DNA of 64,000 nt from Dimorphilus gyrociliatus (lineage: Eukaryota; Animalia; Annelida), in NCBI GenBank assembly GCA_904063045.1, contig CAJFCJ010000012.1, forward strand, positions 2,558,498-2,622,497, read 5' to 3'. The position numbers and the translations under genes were made by a program. The notes under the pieces are model-generated. The model was not told the DNA's origin, made no database searches, and saw nothing but the letters and a program-made list of their open reading frames with translations. Numbering within the stretch: the stretch's first letter is position 1; every line of letters starts with the position of its first letter. This document shows, one piece after another, positions 26,920 to 39,292 of the stretch.

Positions 26920-27559
26920 TCTAAATACTTTTAGAGGTGTACTTTACATATAGATATATTCTTTCTTTATACTGTTTATATCAATGAGAAACCAATACTG
27001 AACAATAAAAACTTTATACAGTATACGGATTATCAAAAAACTATTCTATCGGACATCTCGCCTAATCAAGCTCTTCCTATACACTCTTATCTATATACGA
27101 ACGTTTCTTCCATAACTTCTGACACATAGTGAAGCTAGTGAAAAGGCGTACGAAAAAAAGCAATACTGTTTACACTGGTTGCTAGTAGAGATTAAGCCTA
27201 TTGATCTCGACTGCAAATTAATGTTCTCTTTACAGTTTACTTAATATTTTAATGTTTATCCAACGCTAATGCTATTCAATCGGTCGAAAACAGTAATTCT
27301 ACTAAGTACACATTATGCTTTAAAATTTGTTACCTAAACGTAATACCGCCTTTGAAGTATCTATATAAAAAGCAGTAAAGAAGGATAAGACAACTTTTTT
27401 CCTAATCTTATCCAGAATTTTTTATTAGCCTATGAATTATTACTATTGACTTGAATAACACGATCAACAAACTATCGAAATTAATTAGTCAAACGTAGTT
27501 CTTTCATAGTCTTTCAACGCACGCGATAAATCAATTTCAATTTTCCACTTTTTTAAAAG

Positions 27560-27604
<45 letters not shown>

Positions 27605-28231
27605 CTTCTTGTGCAGTTTTGTTCCATTTTAAATAAGAAAAAAACAGCGAATTTGTATAAAAATTAAGAGCTTTTTATTCTGTTTGCTTTGTAGAAAGGG
27701 AGAGGTTTTTTCTTTCAAATTGATTATTTAATACATTTTTCTTTCTATATATTGGTTTATTTATTTATTGATTATCTATCAATTCTCTCTCCTCTATTGC
27801 TTCCTCTCTCCCTCCCTCCCTCCCTCCTTTCACCCCTCCTATTCTCTCTTTCGTTCTTCTCTTCTTGTTCTTCTTCGACTCTTTCTTCTCTTAATCTACC
27901 TCCTTAAGCGTATCTTTACTTTATTACAACTTTCTTTCTTCACAAATCGCTTACATTAAATATATTCTATAGGCTTTTCGCCAACTACACAACCACAAAA
28001 CCATTATTCTTCGATTGATCCCAATCAAGTCACAAGTAGGCTCTTCAAACTCAATCGAAACGAATTTGTCTCGCCGGGAATATGGCGCCATCTATATTCC
28101 ATTTTGTTATCTTCACCGATAAGAGCAAAGGATAATTTACCTGTATACATGTTTTTCTTTTAAATCTTTTTACCTGTAGCAGACGTTAAATTGATTTTTT
28201 TCGGGGAAACGTTAAAAAGCGCTTGTTGGCT
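26920..28231. promoter_or_regulatory. Divergent promoter region between the KIAA2012-like gene and the 2-TM gene; YY1-like AATATGGCG at 28079-28087
   Basis: Head-to-head gene orientation; a locally CpG-richer patch near 28020-28095 matches the YY1 core AANATGGCG. Confidence 0.4.
27564..27600. repeat. (CT)n microsatellite, representative of many (AG/CT)n tracts in introns and spacers
   Basis: Direct inspection. Confidence 0.9.
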
Positions 28232-29157
28232 ATGGATGAAAGAGAATTTCCCCCTCCTCCTCCACCCCTCAGTGCAGAAGGAAATTTCAACGTAGCTAGA
28301 TATGAAGAAGAGCAGCAAATAGACGATTCTGTACCCGTACCGTTAGTCAGCGTACAAAAAGAGACCGATGAAGGGAAAATGGATAAGATTAAAGGATTTT
28401 TTAACAAGGCAAAAAAGCCAAAATTACCAAAGATGCCATTTTTTAAAAAGAAGAAGCAAGATAATGTTTTACAGGTAAATATAATCATAAAAGAGGAGTT
28501 GAAATCTATCAACTATATTATTAATATAAACAACAAACGACATATTGCAGTTGGACGTCATTCCGCAAGAAAACTTGAACGAGTCCGAACCTGAGCCGAT
28601 GCCTCAGCAAAGTCAAAGGTTAACTCCTCCGGAGCAAGATTCTTGGTCTCCTGGCCAACCGCTACTCCAAAGAGGAGCGAGCGTTGATGCGAGGGGAGCA
28701 GAGGAGGGTCAGAATTTTCCCCAACCGGTAAAACTATATAAAAATACATAAAAAACAATAGAGGACAAGTGGATTGCGGAAGAGAGTTTAACGTCAATTT
28801 TTCCTATAGGTAATCATAAATAGACCGGAAGAAGCACCTTTGGACACTGGCTTTGCAGCCGAAGGAGAACAGACTAGAGCTCCTTTTAGAGAAATAACAC
28901 GAAAAAGAGTTAGAGCGAGTACCGTCACTCTGGCCCTACTTCTTCTAGGACTAGCCGTTGGCATCGTTTTAACGGCACTTAGCTCCAGATCATTTATGCT
29001 GAAGATTATCGGGCCAACTCTAATAGGCCTATCATTTTTTGCTTTGATAGGTAAAATATACTTCACACTGTTCCTCGGAGACAATCCAGATCTTGGGCTA
29101 CAACCAATAGTGAAAAAGGCCCAAAAGATGATAAAAAGAAAGGAAAGTTCAAATTAG
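28232..29157 (+). CDS. Uncharacterised 255-aa protein with disordered N-terminus and C-terminal 2-TM hairpin (PIRT/TMEM100-like architecture); exons 28232-28474, 28551-28727, 28810-29157
   Basis: Three phase-0 exons with canonical junctions; TM hairpin TLALLLLGLAVGIVLTAL / KIIGPTLIGLSFFALIG; basic C-terminal tail. Confidence 0.75.
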
Positions 29158-29451
29158 AAAATAGTATAAAACACTTGCCATTGTAGTGAATTTTTGTTGT
29201 TTATTTTGTATTATTAAATTAACTGTAAGATTGTTGAAGCGATAAATTAGATAAAGCATGAATATTCATTAAGCAGAGAAGAGAGTATGTACAAGTATAC
29301 CTTTTAACCCACTCATTTTTTCTCTCTCTCTCTCTCTCTCTCTCGTTCTTTGTCCCCTACATCCCTGTGTATAAATACTACATTTAATATATGCACTATT
29401 CGTCGATTGATACTCCAAATATGGTTTTTTTTTTACTATAGAAAGCGTTGT

Positions 29452-29990
29452 TTATAATGAAAAAATGTTGTTTTTTATTTCGGTTTTAATCTTTTTCCAT
29501 CGATTATTAAAACAAATTCCTTGGCTTTTGATTGGAGCGAAATCGCAATCGGCAAATTCTTTATTTAAATAGGTAAAGCCTTCGTATGAGCAAACTGGGC
29601 TAAAGTAATGATTGGCTATGCATGGTGGACATTTCTTCATCGATTTGACAAGTATTCCGTTGCATTTAGCCTCGCAAATGTTTCTATAAGTTCTCTCATT
29701 TTCTCCGCAAACCGGCTCAGTTGAGTTGGGACAAGAACACGTTCTGAAACATTGCCCTTTGTATCTAGGAACGACTCCTTCACACTCTGCCACGCACGAG
29801 TTATTATGAGTGATTCCGTTCGTGTCGCAAACTGGATCGAGGACCCTTCTACACCTTCGGCAATCAAACGACAAGGCGTCACCAATAGCTACGAATAAGT
29901 TTTTTAAATTAACTTGAACATACTAAATAAAAACAAGCAGCGTCACTTACTAATAAACAGAATAGAGTAGAATAATACAATTTCAAACAT
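29452..29990 (-). CDS. Secreted three-domain Kazal-type protease inhibitor; exons 29951-29990 and 29452-29888
   Basis: Signal peptide MFEIVLFYSILFITIGDA across a phase-1 intron; three PVC...N-x-C...C Kazal repeats. Confidence 0.9.
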
Positions 29991-30472
29991 TTTCCTTATT
30001 GTTAAGCTTTTACCAAAGTGACTTATTCGTAAACAGTTTTGGCTATTTAAACGTTTTCCATCTGTCGAAAGAATCATAGGCAAACAACCAAAAACGAACG
30101 AAATCGATAAATTACCCAGGTAAAAAAGGAGGAATAACCTAAAAAGAGAGAGAGAGAGAGAGAGAGAGACTATACGTCCGTATCCGTGTGGGTATGGGAT
30201 ACATATATATACTGTATATACACACACATACACACATACACACACATAAAAACGTATTTATGTGTTCGGAGAGACTTTTATACGTTATATAAAAACTTAT
30301 AATAGATGGGGAAGAGTTTATAAGTTTCAGTTAGGCTTACGTAAACAAAAATATCCACACCAACCCCAAAAACCAATAAAAGTAAAGCGTATATCAATAC
30401 AGAGTATTTAAAGAATCTTTTTTAAAATTCACTTCTTGTTCAGCTTTCCAACTGTAAAGTCTATTAGGAGAG

Positions 30473-31784
30473 ATGGGAGAAAAGGATATGACACTCTTTC
30501 GTATATTTCTCTTATCTCTTCTTATCTTTAATAAATATTTAAGCAGTACTGCAATGAAACCAGCCTGTCCTCCGTTCGAGTGTCTACAGCCAAACTATTC
30601 AATATGCGAAAATTTCTCTATTGAAACTAATGAATCGATGAAAATATGTGGATTAGAAGATTGTTGGAGGAATAGAACTATAAAATATCAATTTCATATT
30701 CGATCGCAAACGTTACAGAATCTTTCGATCTACTTTCATCCAGAATTTTTTAAATGTTTACACAATTCAAGTGTAAAAATTCAATCTAGAGAGGATATTG
30801 ATGAAACTCGGTATCCAATAACTACTTTATCGAAAACTTACTGCTCAAGTATATCATCTCGTAACTTTGTTATGGAAGTTTATCTCAACATTAGTTGTTT
30901 GACAACGAATTCCTATTCCCTTCAAATTCTTTACGGTTAGTCTTAGCATACGATTTCTGAATATATTCTCATCTCGTACACTACTACACCAATCCTTTTA
31001 TTTTTTTCCTTTTTCTTAACTCTTCTCGTCCTCTGTGCCTGTCTTTTTGTCAGTATATCTATCTTTCTTTCTCTGTCTCTCTGTCTCTCTCTCTTTCTCC
31101 CTATCAATCTTGTAGTTCTTCTTACTTCCCCTACATAACCCACTATATTCGTCCTTTCCCGTTTCTTACCATAAGTGGCACTGCATTAGTTGCCACAAGT
31201 AATTTACATATCCTTTTCGTCAAACAGGCGGTGATTTTATGCAAGTTTCGAGCAGCGTAACCCTTATAAAATATGACGATTTACCTGACAAAATAACTTT
31301 GCCACAAACGAAAGAACTATGGGATATTCCTAATATTGCACTCCTTTGTATTGGAATTTTTCTACCAACAATCACCATCCTTCTATTCATTTTATACTAT
31401 TGTTCAATGCGACGCAAGATTAGGAAAATGAAAAATGATCAAACGCCCAAATCGCCTTTGACAAACTATTACGATGCTGTTGGAAAGCACGATTATATAT
31501 CAACAATAGACGTTGAGAAAAAGGTTAATGACTCGAAAGTTACATCGAATCGACAGTCCTACATATCCATTTCGGACGTTGAAGAAGGTAATAAAAATGC
31601 AAAGTTAGAAGAAACGAATACGGATAAAGGAGAAATGGAAAATTATGAAAACGATCAATCAAGTACGGCGAGCTCTTACTATGACAATGCTCCTCAAATG
31701 AGATCAAAAACTGTTCAAGTTGATGGATTGTCAATAGGAGGATATTCATTATTGAATTTGTCCTCTGCAAATGGTCGTCTATGA
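30473..31784 (+). CDS. Orphan type I membrane protein: Cys-containing glycosylated ectodomain, one TM, Tyr-rich cytoplasmic tail; exons 30473-30935 and 31228-31784
   Basis: Signal peptide MTLFRIFLLSLLIF...; phase-1 junction TAC G|GC GGT; TM IALLCIGIFLPTITILLFILYY followed by CSMRRKIRK; tail with several Tyr motifs. Confidence 0.8.
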
Positions 31785-33062
31785 AAAGCATCTAGTCCTT
31801 GTGACGACTACATAAATTAGTCAAAGCCTTTAATGAGTTAAAGTTCTCTTTTTCCTTACGTCCTTCTCTCCCTTTCTCTCTCTCTCTCTCTCTCTCTTCC
31901 TCTCACCGAGTTCTGAAAAAGATTTTTACCAAAGAGAAACAAAACTGTATTACTATTATTTCTACTTGGAAGGATATGAATAATTTCCCCATTCCAGGAA
32001 AAGAGAAGATTTGCTATTTATCAGCAAAAATTTAGTTACTAATAATCATCTATTCTTCCTAGGAACTATTATAAAAGTTCAATGAACTTTGAACAATATT
32101 AACTCACTACTTTTACATAAGTTTTTGAACTATTGTACCAGATAAAAACTGCTGACTTTTACAAAAGTTCAGAGAGAGAGAGAGAGAGAGACAAACCTAA
32201 TGATGATTTAGCATTTTTTTTATTCTCCCGTTAGAGTTTAAGTTTATGTTTGTAAAATCTTATTTATATTACAAACGCTTTTCTTTCAGCAGTTTGTTTA
32301 AAAGCTCGTTTATTCAACGTTCAAGCATTCTTTCATTTGTTTTTTTTGTTGTTTGTTTCTGTTCTCATGCTTTTTCTTAATTAATAATGATAAATAGACA
32401 TAATTAAGCCTAATGTTGAGTATACTGCCTACCACGATGACAATTGAATATTTATATGTCGATTAAGGAGGACAATGGCAAATAGAGTATTTATAAATAT
32501 AAACTGTTAATTATCTAAATAGCATGTGCATATTGTGGCCAAACTTTCGTACTTTAGGCCAAAAAAGCTGGCGTTAGTATGTAAATAAAGTGTCTAGTTG
32601 ATTAAAAGTTCTCTTCTATTGTTTTTTAAGCTTAAAGTTTTTCTTAGTTTTCTTCTTCTTTCTTCTCTTTATAAAGCTTTCGTTCTTTCTTTGTTTCTTC
32701 CTCGTCCTCCTCTTCTTCTTCTTCTTCTTTTTCTTCCTCTACTTCTTATTCTTTTTCCTCTTCTTCTCTTCTTGCCAAGACTAATGTCTCTTTGTCTCAG
32801 CCAACATGGAAATCGTCATGCAAAGATACGATTTAAGGATATGTTTACAGAGTGCTAAAGGGGTAGGTTTGAATAGGGGCCTCTTTTCCTGTACGTCTTT
32901 GCGTATATGGTTCAGCAGACGAGCTTATTATAGCCTAACTGATAAAATAATGAGTCTAGGCCCACTATAGATGTATAAAAACTGGCTTTTCGGCCAGTAT
33001 TAACAATTTATTTCTTCTTGCTGCTGGTCAATCGATTCTTCATTTAGCATTCTACTAGAGAG

Positions 33063-34764
33063 ATGGAAGCTGCTTTTGGAACATCCCTTCTCCTCCTGAT
33101 TTTCTCAATATCATCCATTTCCAGCGCTTCCCGGCCCATTAGCTTTATGAAGGAAATGTTTATTGGGAGATGCGAATATTATCAAAGGGTGCTACATAGA
33201 CGTTCGTTTGAGAGGTCGGTTCATCTTTTTCTATTCCTGTTATAGCTTTATGTATAGTGTATTTTAATGAGGTTATAACCTATAAGGTTTATATACGGGT
33301 CGTATTTATATTCTTATTGTAATATATACAGTGAATGTACTAATGTAGACTTATGGATATTTCTATGCATCCTACTAGTCGTCCGTCTGTCTGTCCTTTT
33401 ATCTCTATATGATGTACATATAGTATGTATTGTAAAGTATATGGGGATTTCATTTCATTTAATATTAACAATTCTCCTATCAAATTAATCTTTTTTCTTG
33501 TCTTTCATATTGTTTTCCCATTTTTAACATTTTCATATTTAACAATACAGACAACTCGTCGATTGTAGTTCCTATTGGAATCAGTTTTACTCCATTCAAA
33601 ATCAAGATAAATGCGCTTGGAGTATGGATGATTATGAGCCGTTAACTAATATGATTAAGCTCGATATACCGAAAGATAAGGGTGTACTATGGAGTCAGAC
33701 CGGAGAGTTTGTTTCGAAGATTACATTTCAAGGATACAGACTCCATTCAATCGCCAACTCTTTGATAGGCTTGTAAACACTTTATCAATTGTTGAGTTGC
33801 TTATTTCTCTCTTTTTTTTATATATAGGCTATCCTTTGGATGCAGTTTTCTGGTGTAGCGAAAACAAAGGACGAAGCTCGCCTTGTTCTCAGAAATGTAA
33901 CGACTGCGATGCTTTACCATTTTCAATGAGAAATATCAAATATTGTGGTATGAGCAAAAGTATGGGTAGTTTCTGGGACCAGGCTTCAAAATTGGTAATT
34001 AATTTTTAAGCGTTTGTGCAACCGTTATCCTTCTCCATTTCGAATGAATACTCAGTTTGATCCTCGTTTTCTTTTTGTACTCTTTACTAGTTTGCCAGCT
34101 CGTTAACTGGTCGTGTTAGCGTTCTTTTGAACAATACTAACTGGAGAACCGTAAATGGCAAACTGCGGCCTCTTTATCCGTACTATAGCGGGACGTAAGT
34201 AAAATAATTTGCATGTAATACGTCTAGTGAATTACTTGAGCTATCGCCAACAAATTCGTGTCTGCAGAACCTTTGGCAGAGTAGAATTACACGCGCTGAA
34301 TGAGCGTGAAGTAACCGTACTACAAGTGATACTCGTCCAAAAACCAGGGATGGACATAACGTAAGGGAGCGTCTCTTTTCGTTAATATATAAAAATATTT
34401 TATTCCTATTTGTATTTATTTATTCTATCCATACTCCTAATATGGAAATAATGTAATAAAGTATTTATGCACTTCCTCTTCTTCTCTTCCCTATAGCGAA
34501 GATTGCACAGGTAAAAAATCTCTGTACCAAATAAAGAAGGCAGTCGAGAAAAAAGGAATTAAATACGAATGCATAGTTAATCCTCCATTTATTAAGTATA
34601 TGCTTTGCGTCGACAATCCAGAAGCACTAGAATGTAAAGGGTTACAATACGGCCAACAAAGAAGCAGTTCGAGCGCACACTCGGACGCGACAACCATTGT
34701 AGGTAATTACCTGTGCATACTCACCCTGGCAGTTGGCGTTTTAGGGCGAATATGCTCAACATAA
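33063..34764 (+). CDS. ADP-ribosyl cyclase / NAD glycohydrolase (CD38/CD157 family), signal peptide plus GPI-type tail; exons 33063-33214, 33551-33768, 33828-33994, 34091-34194, 34268-34360, 34497-34764
   Basis: FIGRCEYY, DCSSYW, DDYEPL, VLWSQ (W125), SFWDQAS (W189/S193), TFGRVEL (catalytic E226), MLCVDNPEALEC, then a Ser-rich linker and hydrophobic C-terminus. The frame requires a GC-AG intron at 33769-33827. Confidence 0.9.
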
Positions 34765-34955
34765 CGCCGATTTATTGACCCACTAAACAATGGAAGGATG
34801 GGCAGAAAACTGGCGAAGCGACTGGATGTTTAAATGAATAAACGAATGAATGAATGAATGAATGAATGAATGAATCGTTAGAAATACACTAAACATGAGA
34901 GAAATAATAATCGTAGTAATGATACTATTTGAGCATTCAATGACTCTAAAGAGGC

Positions 34956-34986
<31 letters not shown>

Positions 34987-36626
34987 TGAGAAAGAGGAGA
35001 AAAGACTATAGAATGTATCTTATTAGAGAATTGTATCTTTTTTGCTTTTAATGTTGTTAAAAAGAGATTAAATAAAGAGAATGGCTATAAATTCGAGTGT
35101 AAAAATCGTTTTGTCAGGTACATGAATAAATGGAAAAATAAGAGAGTAAATATACTTTGGAATTCAATATTATTGTCCCGCAAAGTGCAGAACAAGATAT
35201 ATAAAATAACTCTTTTTTTAGTATTGTTTTTATTACCTTTTTGTCTCTAAAGAGCCTTGGGCAAGTAAAATATATTTTTTACTTGGTCCCATTCAGACAA
35301 CTCCCAACACCGTCACATCAAAAAAAAGAGAAATACAAAAAAAAAGAATATACAAGATTTAAAAAAGAAACAAATAATAAAAAAAAATGTTGACTCCTCT
35401 CTTTCTCTTTCTCTTTCTACAAGGAAAAACAAGAATTATAATCATTTATATTATAACGAGTTACAAAACTAGAACGACAAAATTGATTAAAATGCACGTC
35501 GTATTGATAATAAACAACCAAAAAATTGACAATTTCCAAACGCTCTTCTCTCCCAGGAAATGGAGAGAAAACAAAAACTAAACTGATATTATCAATGAAA
35601 AAGAAAAACAATAACTTTGTAAATTCATTGAGGAAAAAAAAAATAATACTATCTAACCAATTTGATGTTCTATTGTTAAGTTTCTCCTCTTTTTTTTTTT
35701 TTAAGTATTATTTTATCTAAAGATTCTCTTTATCACTTCTCGTATCACAAAAAAAATATACATAGTATTTGAATAAACTTTTTTCGATATTTATCTCATT
35801 TACAGCAGGTTAAAATAGATTTTAATTTATAGTTCAAAGAGAAAGAAAAAAAAGGCAAAAAAATTAACTTTTCTTAAAGATAACTCAAATGATAAGTCTA
35901 GTTTTAAAGAAAAAGTATTTAGAATACTCTATAGAAATTCTATATATATATATATATATATGTTATATATTATATATATATATATATATAAAATATACTT
36001 TTATACATCTCGAAAGACCTATGCTTACAACTAACATGTATACTTCTTATATACGCACATTTTTCGATTGGAAAATCCTTAACTTTCAATGTTGAATATT
36101 TTCTCTTCCTTTCCCATTTAATTTATCTAACCAATCCTTTTGTATATATCAAGAAGAAAGATATTGATAGTTTTGAAAATGAGAACAAAAAGTACAACAA
36201 TATAGGGTGTATATATAATTAGATATATATACAGCAAGATGGTTATAAATTTACATAGTGTGTTAATCTTGTTGTAACCTGCCGCACACAACACATTTAA
36301 TGAACTAACAAAAATTTTGAGACCAAAGGCAAACCTTGTGCTTATAGATCATAAATAAACAAATTTACATAGAATTTTTCTGAAAATTGAAAATTTTTTT
36401 AACATTACCGAAAACACGATATCTGTACAATTTACAAAAATGAATGATCCTAAAAGTTTCTTTTTTTTTTATAGCAAATTTTTTTTTCTGTAACTACTAG
36501 GTTATTATACCTCTCCTCGTAAGTCATATACAAGATAATTTACAAAATTAAGGATCAATATGCAAGAATGGCTGTGAACCAATTGTTCGGTTTGGAGCAG
36601 ATGAAAAATGTCTAAAATCAGTTTAA

Positions 36627-38557
36627 TTATTGGAGCCTCTCCATGTTATTTCCCATCTGTTTTTCTGGATTCACCATCTTTTGGCGAGCTTCCCTACGTC
36701 CCTCTTCTTTATGGTCAAACTCGCATATGTGCTGTTCGGGGAGGCGATGTAATTGACAAAATACTTTCCCACATTTACATCTACCAATTTCTCGAAGGGC
36801 CGGGTTCAGTTTGATACGGCATTCGTTACAACGCTTTTTTAATACACTTTCTTTCTGATTTGTTGATGTTGTGCTTGGTATACTGTAGAAAAAAATAAAT
36901 ACATATCTCTTATGTTTATGCAAATACAGTATAATATAATTATATATATATCCTAACTATAAGTCACAAATATATCAAATATATGCAGTACTCTTATTAC
37001 GAATTTTGTGATATACTTTAAAATATTTGGTTAATTGTGCTATGGTAGTGTTAAATACCTTTCACTAGCACCAATTTTTGAATCATCCAGAGATTTATTT
37101 TCTACGTTATTATCCTTCTCGCCTGTTTCATCTTTTTGTTGAGTGGTTTGTTTATCATTTTCTTCTTTCTCTTCTTCTTTTTCTTTGGTATTATTAATTT
37201 CTTCTTTGGACACATTACAGTCTAGTTTTATTCTTTTTTCGGGGTTCATTTGACCCCCTAGAGGTGATTCCATATGGCGTTTTCCTACATCGGAAGAAGT
37301 TGGGCGAAGAGCGTCTTCGCTGCATGTTCTAGGCGTTTGAGCTGGTTCTGAGGTTTCCTGTCGTTCTATTAGACAAAGAAAAATGAAATAATTTTTAATA
37401 ATACGCCTTTTAATTAAAACTTTTTTCTATCTATCTATTTGTCTATCTACGAATGTACTTATACATATATATGTATATAAAGCATATAGTCTACATATTG
37501 CTTCCTCTCTAAATCAGATATTTTTAAAGATCTATTCTTCTATCCTGATTAAAAAAATGCAAAATATTAAACATTTATATCGTTTAAAGAAAATCTATCG
37601 TTTTATCATATTGTTGCAGCGCGAAAGCATTTCATCAAAAATACTTTGAAAAGACGATAAATCTTAATAGCCAAAACTTTAATATCCTTAACATAAATGC
37701 TTGTTTTAAATGTATAAATAATGAAGAAAATGTTTTATTACATTAAAAGAAAGAGAATAAAGTAGAAAAACCATAATTGCCCTCTTTGTGTAATAGAAAC
37801 ACTCAAAGTATTCGGGTAAGAGTTAAATCCAGTACTTTCTAAAAAGAAAATTAGGTTGCTGGTTTTTTTAGGCGGTTGAGGAAAAGAGGAAAAAGAATTA
37901 TAATTTGCCTCTAAGTATAAATATACATTTAAAAGTAGAACAAGTGTTCATATTTTATAGGTTAAAAGTACTTAAACGAACTTTATTTGCGTGGCATTTT
38001 TTAGTATCCTTTGATTAAAAAATATGCGAACGAATTAAGGAACAAAGCGAATGCTAATTTTTTAGTATTTGAAATTTGTTTTTTCGTTACGAATTAAAAG
38101 CTTTCTTTATAGAATGTTTAGTTGAATTCCTCTTGATACTCCATCACTAATTATACTATTACCCTTTTTTTAAAGACTAATTTTTTTTCTCTCCCTTTAT
38201 ATATAATACAATGCTTATAATTCCATGATAATTCAGGCTTTTGAAATAATTTAATAAGAAGTATTTTCCGTATTGATATTCACAGCGCATGCGCGACCTG
38301 ATATTCACACTATGCACAAAACATAATAAAAATCAACGAAATGCAACAAATGACTATTTAAAAGCCCATTATACAAAAAGTACAGCTGCCGCACAAAATT
38401 TACCTTTAAAACATTTCGAACAAAGGCCGGCCGTCGCCTCAGAACTGAAACATTAAATAGTTTAGGCCTATCGAAGTAGGATAAGAATTTATGAACAAGA
38501 TTTTTACCCCCAAAATCCGCAAGGACATCTAGGTGGTTGACTTCCTGAATCAGCCAT
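36627..38557 (-). CDS. ZFAND3: AN1/A20 zinc finger protein 3; exons 38508-38557, 38404-38444, 37059-37365, 36627-36882
   Basis: A20 finger [23 protein letters not shown]; AN1 finger RCNECRIKL...[35 protein letters not shown]. All phases are consistent. Confidence 0.93.
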
Positions 38558-39292
38558 GTCATGAAATCATTCTTGACAATTGACTTTAACGAAAATTCGA
38601 TATGAAAAAATGTAGTCTAACGCTGGTACGGTAAACTTTCCGTAGCCCGTCCGTTCTTCCTTGAATATGGCGACGTTTTTACGGGTAGAACTAAATACGA
38701 GTTGGGGTTACGCCTATGCGCTTTGGTTTCTATTTTAACGAAAATTGATCAATCACCGTGAAAATGATTATAAAAGTAGATAAATTCCGCTAATAATTTG
38801 AAGGCTTCAACGAATCATTTATTAAAGAGTAAATTATATTTTTTATTATAAAATATTCTTAGAAAATACGTACGTCCTCTACGAAGTTTATACGATAATA
38901 AATTGAACTTTCGCGTAGGTGATTACAAAACTGTTTAAAGTTTATTTTTTAAATTTCCAATAAAAAATGTTAAAAACGATATTTAAATAAATAGTCGTCA
39001 TGTATTGAATAAATTTGGTAGTTAATTAAACTAAAGGGGGAGATAACTAAGAATAAACTCTTCTACCACTAAGCGGTTAGAGATACTCGTTTTAAGTTAA
39101 TGATACTTTCAACAAGAAACAGATGTCGCTAGTTTTTTCAAAAAAGATAACATTTAACATCTGCAAGTAGATCTTATATGAGAAATAATATATAATTTTT
39201 TTCTTTGGCTGTTATCTAGGATAAATTGATAAAAAGTTATTTACAATGTTAAGGTCAAATTCGGTGCGCGTGCGCGTTAGAAAAAAATTAAC
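38558..39292. promoter_or_regulatory. Bidirectional promoter of ZFAND3 and PACS (start codons 735 bp apart)
   Basis: Head-to-head genes. YY1-like AATATGGCG at 38664-38672 and AACATGGCGG over the PACS ATG; GCGCGTGCGCG just upstream of PACS; NRF1-like GCGCATGCGC at 38285-38294 in ZFAND3 intron 2. Confidence 0.6.

Noticed and set aside
32806-32862. Upstream ATG exon that could convert the cyclase signal peptide into a CD38-like type II anchor
   Set aside because: It is in frame only if the third of three tandem AG acceptors is used; there is no support without RNA data.
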